DNA of 48,144 bases. Source: Ignavibacteriales bacterium (GTDB lineage Bacteria; Bacteroidota; Ignavibacteria; Ignavibacteriales; Ignavibacteriaceae). Shown one piece after another: positions 25,924-33,920 of this stretch; position 1 is the stretch's first letter, and each line of letters begins with the position of its first letter. The notes beneath the pieces are model-generated. The model saw only the letters and a program-made list of their open reading frames with translations. It had not been told where the DNA came from and did not search any database. The DNA lies in assembly GCA_014727845.1 (NCBI GenBank), contig WJMR01000378.1, positions 1 to 48,144 on the forward strand, given 5' to 3'. Position numbers and translations under genes: made by a program.

Positions 25924-25939
25924 ACGAGCAAACGCCCGT

Positions 25940-26032
25940 TGGCGGAGAGGGCGGGATTCGAACCCGCGAAGCCGGTTTACCCGACTTGACGGTTTAGCAA
26001 ACCGTTGGTTTCAGCCACTCACCCACCTCTCC
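25940..26032 (-). tRNA. tRNA-Ser (anticodon GCU), long variable arm, CCA encoded
   Basis: The reverse complement reads GGAGAGGTGGGTGAGTGGCTGAAACCAACGGTTTGCTAAACCGTCAAGTCGGGTAAACCGGCTTCGCGGGTTCGAATCCCGCCCTCTCCGCCA. Acceptor stem GGAGAGG/CCTCTCC. Anticodon stem ACGGT/ACCGT with loop TTGCTAA. T-loop GGTTCGAATCC. The long extra arm is typical of tRNA-Ser. Confidence 0.9.
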
Positions 26033-26142
26033 GTGGTAATTGGCTAAACGTTTCGCAAAGGTATAAAAAAACGGATAGCGAAACAAGCGCCGTTCCCGCC
26101 GATTTTTTTAAACAATAGTACATGTTCCGAAAAGTCGCGTCG

Positions 26143-27822
26143 CTACTTTAGTAATATCGCCTTCGTTGTCGCGGCGCTCCCCTCGGCGCGGAGGCGGATG
26201 AAATACACGCCGCTCGGTAAGTCGCTCGCGTCGAACGCCGTCTCATGGTCGCCCGCCGTTTTATATCCCGCGTATAACGTCGCCACCGGCTCGCCGAGGG
26301 CGTTGAACGCGGCCAGCTCGATCTCGCCCGCGCGGGGCAGCGAGAAGGCGACGGTCGTCGTCGGGTTAAACGGATTCGGATAAGCGGGCTTCAGCGAAAA
26401 GCGCTCGGGGCGCTCGGAGCGATCGACGCTCGTTGCGCCGTACTCGAACGCGCCGACGTCGGGCGAGGCGTCTCGGGCGGCGCCGAGGAAATCGGTCGTG
26501 ACGGAAGTGGCGACGCCGGCGTCTATGGCGGGGGATCCGGACGCGAGCGCGTATCCCTCGGGCGCTCCGCCTAATACGTGATTAACAAACGCGGGATCCC
26601 CGACCGACTCGCTCGGATCGCTCGCCCACGAGGGGGCCGCCTCTTCCCACAAGTTATTCGAGGACGTCCATCCCGAGGCGTCGGGTAGCGACGAGGAGAA
26701 TCCACCCGCGCCAAATATGTTGTTCCGCAACTCGCAGCCCGTAGGTTGATCGTATCCGTCGGGTATGTCGTCGAAGCGGACGGCGCCCCACACGGGATCG
26801 ACGACGACGTTGTGATAGAAGCGCATATCCGAGTACGTGTTCTCCGCCACGAGGTTGTCGGTCGCGAGCCAGAAGCGAATGCCCGCGCCGACGCCGACCA
26901 TCACGTTGTTATAGGCGAGGACGTCGGAAACGGGGAACTCCTTCTCGTCGAATCCCATCTCGTTGCCGAACCAGAGTCCCGCGCCCGGCAGTTCCGTGTC
27001 GGGACGGTCGTAGGTCGAATCGGCGACGTAGATGTAGTTGTTCCGGACGACCGCCGCGCGCGCTTTGCCGAGGTAGATGTACACGCTCCAGATATCGTGC
27101 AACACGTTTCCCTCGATCGTGACGCCGACGGTTCCCGTAACGAGGATCCCCTCGCCCCAGCAATCGTGGACATGGTTCTCGGCGATCAAGATATCCTCGC
27201 TCGGATCGTTCCGCCCGGGGGCTCCCTCCTCCGCCCATCGATTATAGCACTGGATAACGCCGGGCCAACCGCCGCCTTGGTAGGAGCCGTTCTCGTTCGT
27301 CATCGCCGCGCGGTACACTTCGTTGCCTCGGATCTCGACGTTCTTGCCCGAGCCGCCGATCGCGTAGAAGTCGATGTCGTGCACGACGCAGTCGCGGATC
27401 GTCAGTCCGTCCACGTCGCGGAAGCCGACGCCCCGCCCCGAGGAGTTGCGCACTTCGATCCCCTCGATCGAGTAGTGGCGGATCGTGTCGCCCCAATTCG
27501 AGATATCGAGAAGCTTCTCGTTGGAAGCGAGCGCGAGTCCCGCGCCGTCCACAATAGGAAGCTCCTCGCCGTAGGGCCGGACGACGATCGGCGCCTCGGC
27601 GGTTCCGTTCGCTCCGTTGATTTGCTGTACGCGATTGTAAACGCCGCCGCGCATGTGGATCGTGTCTCCCGGCGACGCCTCGCGGGACGCTTTGGAGAGC
27701 GTGGCGTACGGCGCGCCGAGTGAACCGTCGCCCGTCTCGTCCGATCCGTCGGGCGCGACGACGATGGATTGCGCGGAGACCGCGGCGAACGCGAGTAGCG
27801 CGAGAAAGATGACGCGAATCAT
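26143..27822 (-). CDS. right-handed parallel beta-helix protein (pectate-lyase-fold, DUF1565-like) with T9SS C-terminal sorting domain
   Basis: Signal peptide MIRVIFLALLAFAAVSAQ. N-terminal block IVVAPDGSDETGDGSLGAPYATLSKA...PGDTIHMRGGVY is typical of the beta-helix/DUF1565 family. Repeated xNxxIxG coils follow. The CTD reads AYPNPFNPTTTVAFSLP...GVYFIRLRA. The start lies 12 nt downstream of the heparinase-like gene stop, so the two are probably co-transcribed. Confidence 0.75.
   Translation of the reverse strand: MIRVIFLALLAFAAVSAQSIVVAPDGSDETGDGSLGAPYATLSKASREASPGDTIHMRGGVYNRVQQINGANGTAEAPIVVRPYGEELPIVDGAGLALASNEKLLDISNWGDTIRHYSIEGIEVRNSSGRGVGFRDVDGLTIRDCVVHDIDFYAIGGSGKNVEIRGNEVYRAAMTNENGSYQGGGWPGVIQCYNRWAEEGAPGRNDPSEDILIAENHVHDCWGEGILVTGTVGVTIEGNVLHDIWSVYIYLGKARAAVVRNNYIYVADSTYDRPDTELPGAGLWFGNEMGFDEKEFPVSDVLAYNNVMVGVGAGIRFWLATDNLVAENTYSDMRFYHNVVVDPVWGAVRFDDIPDGYDQPTGCELRNNIFGAGGFSSSLPDASGWTSSNNLWEEAAPSWASDPSESVGDPAFVNHVLGGAPEGYALASGSPAIDAGVATSVTTDFLGAARDASPDVGAFEYGATSVDRSERPERFSLKPAYPNPFNPTTTVAFSLPRAGEIELAAFNALGEPVATLYAGYKTAGDHETAFDASDLPSGVYFIRLRAEGSAATTKAILLK
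26184..26395. repeat. 212-nt near-identical DNA repeat, copy 1 (encodes the T9SS CTD of the beta-helix protein)
   Basis: Aligns without indels to 27876-28087 at a constant offset of 1692 nt. I counted about 13 mismatches by eye (~94% identity). Flanking sequence on both sides is unrelated. Confidence 0.9.
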
Positions 27823-27834
27823 AACGAGCTCCCT

Positions 27835-30414
27835 TTACTTAATGAGAATGACTTTTTGTGCTGCGGAAAAACTTGCGGCGCGGAGGCGGATGAAATACAC
27901 GCCGCTCGGTAAGTCGCTCGCGTCGAACGTCGCCTCGTGGTCGCCCGCCGTTTTATACCCGGCGGATAACGTCGCCACCGGCTCGCCGAGGGCGTTGAAC
28001 GCCGCCAGCTCGATCTCGCCCGAGCGGGGCAGCGAGAAGGCGACGGTCGTCGTCGGGTTGAAGGGATTCGGGAAGGCGGGCTTCAGCTCCGGATATTCCG
28101 GGAGCGTCGAGCGATCGGGCGCTTCGTTCGGGGCGTTGAAGACGATCGCGTCCCCGTCGCGAGAGAAGGGCGTCGCCTCGCCGTTCACGGTCAACGTCGT
28201 CGCATCGGGGGCGTGGATTGTTACCGGCGCGGCGCCGCCGTCGTAGGCGACGATAGCGGCGGTCCCCGCGAACTCGACGTCGATCCATATCGGAGCGGCG
28301 TCGGCGCGGACGAACGTCGTCGTCGCGGAGGTTTGCGAGAGCGTCGTCCCTTCGGCGAGGAAGTATCCGACGACGTTGTCGCCGCCGTCGCGGGATACGG
28401 TCGCCGCCTCGCCGTCGAGCGCGTAGTCGCCGATCGTCAAGCCGGAGGCGTCGGCGACGTCGGGCACGATCGCGTCGGTCGCGACGGCGCCTTGAACGAT
28501 CCGCAAGGCGAGCCCTTCGTCAACGTCGGCGAGCGTCGTAATTGTCGGTTTGGCGTTCCACTCGGCGTTGCTCGTCGCGTGGAGCACGTGCGCGTATCGG
28601 ACGTCCGACCCCGACGCGGAGACGGTTAGGCGCGGTTGATCGGGATAGCCCTCCTCGGGGTGGAGTGTGACGCCGAGGGACGTCGAGGCGCCCAACGGAA
28701 CGGCGGTGAACACGCCGAACGCTTGTCCCTCGGGCGTCTCGGATTTCGTCCACGATCCCTCGATCGTGTTCGTCGCGTCAACATTGAGGTGGCAGATCCA
28801 CTCGTGCGCGTGGGAAGACCCCGACTCTATGTCGTCAACCACGACGAGCGTGGCGGGACGGAGGTAGAGGACGTCGCGCGTCCACTTCGCTACGTCGCCG
28901 ATATTCCGAAAGCGGTTCGTCCCGTCCGAAGAGAGGAAGGCGCGTCTTCCGAGCGAACCGCTCGCGTTCAAGTAGGCGCGGCTCTCCGCCATCGTGTCGA
29001 TGAACGCGTCGTAGTCGGTGATCGGGCGATAGTGCCCCTCGCCGTCGATCAAGACGACGTTGTGGTATCGGGCGTCGATGTCGCCGTAGGTTACGCACTC
29101 GGGCGCGAGCCACTCGCCGTTCCGATGAAGATAGAACCCTTGCATATCGTCGTGGTCGTGCCCCGCGTTCAAGTTGGCGTCGGGATGCTCGAACGGATAC
29201 GCGTCGTTCATAACCGCGTCGGCGACGAACGTTCCGCCGTACGCGCCGCTCTTGAATCCGAAGACGAGCGCGTCGTCCTCCCAACTCTCCCTCCAGATCG
29301 CGGCTTGTAGATCGTCGAACGTCGCGCCGAAGGGGACGTCGTCGGGCGCGGCGGCGGCGACGGTCGGGTCGTGATGGAGGAACTGAAGCGTTTGGGAAAA
29401 GGCGCTGTATTGATTGCAGTAGCGCGTCACGTGATCGTAGTAGCGTTCGACGAGCCATTGCGCCGTCGGGTCGTCGTACTCGTTCGCCGCGAACGTAAGG
29501 GCGAGCATGCCGCGTTCGTCGTACCAATCCCAATGGAAGTTGCCGAACGCGAGAATCCGATGATACGATTGGGGCAGATAGTTGAAGGCGCGGTAGCGGA
29601 CGAACGCGCGATAGTAGTCGTGTGGGAAAATATCCACTCCCTCGACGCGCCGATAGTTATACATAAACTGCGCGGAGTATGAGGTCATATACCCTTGGTA
29701 GCCGCCGCCTTCGTGCCAAGAGCCGTCTCCGATTCCCTCGAGCATGTAGGCGATCCGCCCGATTTTCTCGGCCGCCTGCGCGATCCACGCGTCCGCCCCC
29801 GCCGCTTCGCCCTTGAGCGCCAACGCCGCGACGCCCATCGTTCCGTTCGTCGTCGAAGTGTGGTTCTGCGCGTAAGAGTGGCGCCACCAATTGTTCCACG
29901 TCTCGTTTTTCTCTTCGGCGGCGCTCGCTTCGTACATCTTGCGCGTCCACGAGGCGAGGGTGTCGCGGAGGAGCGTCCGCTCGGCTTCCGACAAGTGCGG
30001 ATAGAGCCAGTCGTAGGCGACGGCGTTTCCGAAGAGCATATGCCCGTGACCGAGGTCGCGCATCTCTTCCTCGCCCCAATATTCCCACGAGGCGTAGGCG
30101 AGCATATAGTCCTTCGCGTGTTGGATGAACCGCTCCTCCTCGGTGATCGCCGCGACGAGCGCGAACGCCGCGAGCTTGTCGCCGCCTAATCGGAAAAAGT
30201 TCAGCCCGTTGCCGGGATCGGAGGTGGCGGGCGGCGGAACGTCGAGCTCGTCTTCGGCGTAGCCGCGAAGGTTTTGCCAGATGTGCGCGCGAGCGCCGGC
30301 GGTGTCGGCGCGGAGTTGCGGAAGATCCGACGCGTCGAAATATAATCTCGGATGGTCTTGCGCGTGCGCGGCAAAGGAGAATGCGGCGAGCGCCGCGAGG
30401 AAGAGGCGCGTCAT
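27835..30414 (-). CDS. heparinase II/III-like polysaccharide lyase with T9SS C-terminal sorting domain
   Basis: ATG 30414 gives signal peptide MTRLFLAALAAFSFAAHAQ; the track start 30492 is a GTG adding 26 aa. N-terminal alginate-lyase/DUF4962-like block HPRLYFDASDLPQLRAD. Toroid-like block NNWWRHSYAQNHTSTTNGTMGVAALAL. Hepar_II_III-like block NLNAGHDHDDMQGFYLHRNGEWLAPE. The CTD reads AFPNPFNPTTTVAFSLP...GVYFIRLRA. Confidence 0.8.
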   Translation of the reverse strand: MTRLFLAALAAFSFAAHAQDHPRLYFDASDLPQLRADTAGARAHIWQNLRGYAEDELDVPPPATSDPGNGLNFFRLGGDKLAAFALVAAITEEERFIQHAKDYMLAYASWEYWGEEEMRDLGHGHMLFGNAVAYDWLYPHLSEAERTLLRDTLASWTRKMYEASAAEEKNETWNNWWRHSYAQNHTSTTNGTMGVAALALKGEAAGADAWIAQAAEKIGRIAYMLEGIGDGSWHEGGGYQGYMTSYSAQFMYNYRRVEGVDIFPHDYYRAFVRYRAFNYLPQSYHRILAFGNFHWDWYDERGMLALTFAANEYDDPTAQWLVERYYDHVTRYCNQYSAFSQTLQFLHHDPTVAAAAPDDVPFGATFDDLQAAIWRESWEDDALVFGFKSGAYGGTFVADAVMNDAYPFEHPDANLNAGHDHDDMQGFYLHRNGEWLAPECVTYGDIDARYHNVVLIDGEGHYRPITDYDAFIDTMAESRAYLNASGSLGRRAFLSSDGTNRFRNIGDVAKWTRDVLYLRPATLVVVDDIESGSSHAHEWICHLNVDATNTIEGSWTKSETPEGQAFGVFTAVPLGASTSLGVTLHPEEGYPDQPRLTVSASGSDVRYAHVLHATSNAEWNAKPTITTLADVDEGLALRIVQGAVATDAIVPDVADASGLTIGDYALDGEAATVSRDGGDNVVGYFLAEGTTLSQTSATTTFVRADAAPIWIDVEFAGTAAIVAYDGGAAPVTIHAPDATTLTVNGEATPFSRDGDAIVFNAPNEAPDRSTLPEYPELKPAFPNPFNPTTTVAFSLPRSGEIELAAFNALGEPVATLSAGYKTAGDHEATFDASDLPSGVYFIRLRAASFSAAQKVILIK
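27876..28087. repeat. 212-nt near-identical DNA repeat, copy 2 (encodes the T9SS CTD of the heparinase-like protein)
   Basis: See copy 1 (26184-26395). Same orientation, no indels, ~94% identity by eye. Confidence 0.9.
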
Positions 30415-30490
30415 TGGTCGTCCCGGTTTGTTGATAGCACAGAATTCTCTCATCCCTGTGACGCCATAATAAAAATCGCGTCGCGCAAAC

Positions 30491-30504
30491 ACAATATATA
30501 TTGT
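30491..30504. promoter_or_regulatory. perfect 14-bp palindrome ACAATATATATTGT in the divergent promoter region; candidate operator
   Basis: It lies in the 152-nt gap between the heparinase-like operon start (30414, -) and the GH31 start (30567, +). A second inverted repeat TTGCGG-CGAC-CCGCAA at 30523-30538 is followed by another CCGCAAC at 30544-30550. Function is inferred from position only. Confidence 0.3.
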
Positions 30505-30566
30505 ATGGAGAGATTATTATCTTTGCGGCGACCCGCAACTTATCCGCAACCAAAACCGACAACGCT

Positions 30567-33500
30567 ATGCATACGCCGTTCCGCCGACTCCCGTTCTTAC
30601 TCGCGTTCGCCGCGCTCTTCGCGACCGCCGCGCGCGCGCAATTTCCGACGCAGGAGGACCTCGCCAATCCTTCGCCCCACCCCGACGCCGTCGTTGAGGC
30701 GGGAAAGGCGCGTTTCACGGTGTTAACGTCCGGGCTCGTCCGGATGGAGTGGAGCCCCGACTCTACGTTCGAGGATCGCGCGTCGCTCGTGGTTATCAAT
30801 CGCCGCCTCGATCCGCCCGGCTTCGAGTCGATGCGCGTCGGGGAGTGGCTGGTGATCGAGACCGAGCGGATGCGTTTACGATACAAGCTCGGCTCGGGCG
30901 CGTTTGGCGCGGATAATCTTGAGGTCGCATTCGAGGCGGACGGAGAGAAAACGTCATGGACGCCCGGCAAGGAAAATCTCGGCAATCTCGGCGGAACCAA
31001 TCGGACGCTCGACGGCGTGAAAGGCGCGGCGGAGCTTAACCCCGGCTTGCTCTCGACCGAGGGGTGGACGTTGATCGACGACTCCGACCGCCCCCTCCTC
31101 GACTCCTCCGACCGGAAGTGGTTTGTCGAGCGCGCGGACACGTCGGCGACGGATTGGTACCTCTTCGTGTACGACGACGACTACAAGCGAGCCCTCGCCG
31201 ATTACGTCGCCGTCGCGGGTCGCGTGCCGCTTCCGCCGCGTTTCGCGTTCGGATTATGGCAGTCGCGCTATTGGGCGTACACGGATCGAGAGTTCAAGCA
31301 ACTCGTCGAGGAGTTCGACGTCCATGACGTGCCGCTCGACGTCCTCGTGATCGACATGGATTGGCACAAAACGTACGGTTTAACGTTCTACAACTACACG
31401 CCCGACCAAGCCGGGCAACATCTCGGCTGGACGGGGTACACGTGGGATCCGAACCATTTCCCCGACCCGGAGGCGTTTCTCGATTGGTGCGAACGGCGCG
31501 GATTAAAAACGCCGCTTAACCTGCATCCCGCCTCGGGCGTGCAACCGCACGAGGAGAGGTATCCCGAAATGGCGCGCGCGATGGGGATCGACCCGGCGAC
31601 GGAGCGATACGTCCCGTTCGACATCACCGATAAGAAGTACGCGAAAAACTACTTCGAAATTCTTCACCGGCCGAAGGAGGAGATCGGCGTGGATTTTTGG
31701 TGGCTCGATTGGCAGCAGTGGCAAGAGTCCCCCATCCGCAATCTGAACAACACGTGGGCGTTGAACTACGCGCACTTCACCGATATGGAGCGGCAAGGGA
31801 AGCGCCCGATTATCTACCACCGTTGGGGCGGGCTCGGGAATCATCGGTATCAGATCGGGTTCTCCGGGGACGTCCACACGTCGTGGGAGTCGCTCGCGTT
31901 CCAGCCGTTCTTCACCGCCGCCGCGTCGAACGTCTGCTACGGCTATTGGAGTCATGACATCGGCGGGCACTTCGAAGGCGAACGCGAACCCGAGATTCAA
32001 ACGAGATGGGTGCAATACGGCGTCTTCAGTCCGATTCTTCGACTCCACAGCGCAAAAAGTCCGCGCATCGACCGCCGTCCGTGGACGTATCCGCTCGAGC
32101 ATTTCCAAGCGATGCGAGAGGCGATACGTCTGCGCTACCGACTGGCGCCGTACGTTTACGCCGCCGCGCGCGAAACGTACGAAACGGGCGTCTCGATCGT
32201 CCGCCCGATGTACTACGAACACCCGCGCGAGCCGGAGGCGTACGAGCGAACGCGCCAATATTATTTCGGAGACGATATGATCGTCGCGCCCGTTGTTTCG
32301 CCGATCGACGACTCGACGGGGATGGCGACCGTCGAAGTGTGGCTACCCGAAGGCGCGTGGCACGATTGGGCGACGGGCGAGGCGCTCGTCGGACCCGCCG
32401 CGTACGAGCGACCCTACGCGCTCGACGAGATTCCGGTATTCGTGAAGCGCGGCGCCGTCGTTCCGATGCAGACGAACAAACAACGCGCCGACGTCGCGTT
32501 CGTGGACCCCGCCGTTTTCGTCGTCTTCCCGGGCGACTCGGGGAGCGCGGAATTGTACGAGGACTCGGGCGACTCGCTCGGCTACCGAGAGGGCGAGTAC
32601 GCGAGAACCCGCGTTACCCAGAGGCGAACGGGGAGAGATCGCGTATCGATCACGATTGACGCGACCCTCGGCGAATACCGAGGGCAAGGAAACGAGCGGA
32701 CGTACGTCGTCGAATTGCTTAACGCGCTTCCCCCCGCGGAGGTGTACGCGAACGGCGAGCCGCTCGCCCACGCACCGTACGGCGGCGCGGGGTGGCGCTA
32801 CGACGGTTACGACGTGAAGACGATCGTCGAAGCGCCGCGATCGTCGATACGCGAACCGTTGGAGATCGACATCGTCTTTCCCGACGCGGATCCCAACGAA
32901 GTCAAGACGCTCCTCGACGGCTTCAAGGGGCGGCAGAATCGCCTCGTCCGCGCGCGACCGCTTATGAACCGCCTCTGGTCGCGCGCGTGGTCGCCCGACG
33001 AGTTAATATACGCCGTGCAAACGGGCAACCGCATAGAGCTTTGGCCCGACTCGGCGCTCGTCGAATTGCGGCGCTTCCGAGCGAACTTCGCCGACGTGTT
33101 GGACGCGATGTTCCAACGGCGGCGATACGGATGGGACTTGACGATGAACGCGATCCGACGCGTGCAACCGCATGCGCCCGTCGTGGAGGCGGCGCAAAGT
33201 CACTTCCTCGACAATCTTGCGATTACGATCGTATCGCCCGACCCCGACGCGAACGTCTTCTACACGCTCGACGGTTCGACCCCGACGCTCGAGTCGATCC
33301 GCTACGACGAACCGTTTGCGATTGATAGGACGACGCGCGTGCGCGCCAAGGCGTTCCCGCCGAACGAGATCAACGACTTCGTGTTCGACACGACGTTCGT
33401 TAAACTCGATTTGTCGCCCGCCGTCGATCCGAGCGGGGAGCGCGCCGACGGATTGCGTTACGAGGTGTTCGAGACGCGCGCGAACTTTGTGCCGGATTTC

Positions 33501-33869
33501 GACACGCTCGAGGTCGCCGCGTCCGGAGTCGCGCCGGCGCCGAGCGCGGACGGACTCGATTCTCCGGAGGAGTTTTTCGCCGTCCGTTTTACGGGATACA
33601 TCGAAGTTCCCGAGGACGGCATCTACGAATTTTGGACGACCTCGAATGAAGGAAGTCGATTGTGGATCGACGACGTCGAGGTCGTCGAGAACGACGGCAG
33701 GCACGGGGCGGATACGAAGTCGGGGAAGATCGCGCTGGCGAAGGGCGCGCATATGATTCGAGTCGGCTACTTTCAGTATTGGGGACGACGTTTGCTCGAG
33801 GTCGGTTACCGCGCTCCGTCGGGAGAAGAGACGCCGCTTACGGAGGCGACGCTCTTCCATATAAAATAA
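30567..33869 (+). CDS. glycoside hydrolase family 31 enzyme with C-terminal chitobiase/Hex-C-like and PA14 domains
   Basis: ATG 30567 gives signal peptide MHTPFRRLPFLLAFAALFATAARAQ. GH31-like blocks are GLWQSRYWAYTD, DVLVIDMDWH, GVDFWWLDWQQW and YWSHDIGGH. ITIVSPDPDANVFYTLDGSTPT...YDEPFAI is a CHB_HEX_C-like module. GLRYEVFE...FAVRFTGYIEVPEDGIYEFWTTSNEGSRLWIDD is a PA14-like module. No T9SS CTD is present. Confidence 0.8.
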   Translation: MHTPFRRLPFLLAFAALFATAARAQFPTQEDLANPSPHPDAVVEAGKARFTVLTSGLVRMEWSPDSTFEDRASLVVINRRLDPPGFESMRVGEWLVIETERMRLRYKLGSGAFGADNLEVAFEADGEKTSWTPGKENLGNLGGTNRTLDGVKGAAELNPGLLSTEGWTLIDDSDRPLLDSSDRKWFVERADTSATDWYLFVYDDDYKRALADYVAVAGRVPLPPRFAFGLWQSRYWAYTDREFKQLVEEFDVHDVPLDVLVIDMDWHKTYGLTFYNYTPDQAGQHLGWTGYTWDPNHFPDPEAFLDWCERRGLKTPLNLHPASGVQPHEERYPEMARAMGIDPATERYVPFDITDKKYAKNYFEILHRPKEEIGVDFWWLDWQQWQESPIRNLNNTWALNYAHFTDMERQGKRPIIYHRWGGLGNHRYQIGFSGDVHTSWESLAFQPFFTAAASNVCYGYWSHDIGGHFEGEREPEIQTRWVQYGVFSPILRLHSAKSPRIDRRPWTYPLEHFQAMREAIRLRYRLAPYVYAAARETYETGVSIVRPMYYEHPREPEAYERTRQYYFGDDMIVAPVVSPIDDSTGMATVEVWLPEGAWHDWATGEALVGPAAYERPYALDEIPVFVKRGAVVPMQTNKQRADVAFVDPAVFVVFPGDSGSAELYEDSGDSLGYREGEYARTRVTQRRTGRDRVSITIDATLGEYRGQGNERTYVVELLNALPPAEVYANGEPLAHAPYGGAGWRYDGYDVKTIVEAPRSSIREPLEIDIVFPDADPNEVKTLLDGFKGRQNRLVRARPLMNRLWSRAWSPDELIYAVQTGNRIELWPDSALVELRRFRANFADVLDAMFQRRRYGWDLTMNAIRRVQPHAPVVEAAQSHFLDNLAITIVSPDPDANVFYTLDGSTPTLESIRYDEPFAIDRTTRVRAKAFPPNEINDFVFDTTFVKLDLSPAVDPSGERADGLRYEVFETRANFVPDFDTLEVAASGVAPAPSADGLDSPEEFFAVRFTGYIEVPEDGIYEFWTTSNEGSRLWIDDVEVVENDGRHGADTKSGKIALAKGAHMIRVGYFQYWGRRLLEVGYRAPSGEETPLTEATLFHIK

Positions 33870-33920
33870 AAGCGGCCCGTCGCGTTCGACGAACCGCTCT
33901 CGCTTGAAAAGGCGCGGGCG

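Noticed and set aside
33870-33920. Possible hairpin (AGCGG...CCGCT) between the convergent GH31 and M2-peptidase genes, considered as a shared terminator.
   Set aside because: The stem is short with a long, unstructured loop, and there is no U-tract on either strand.
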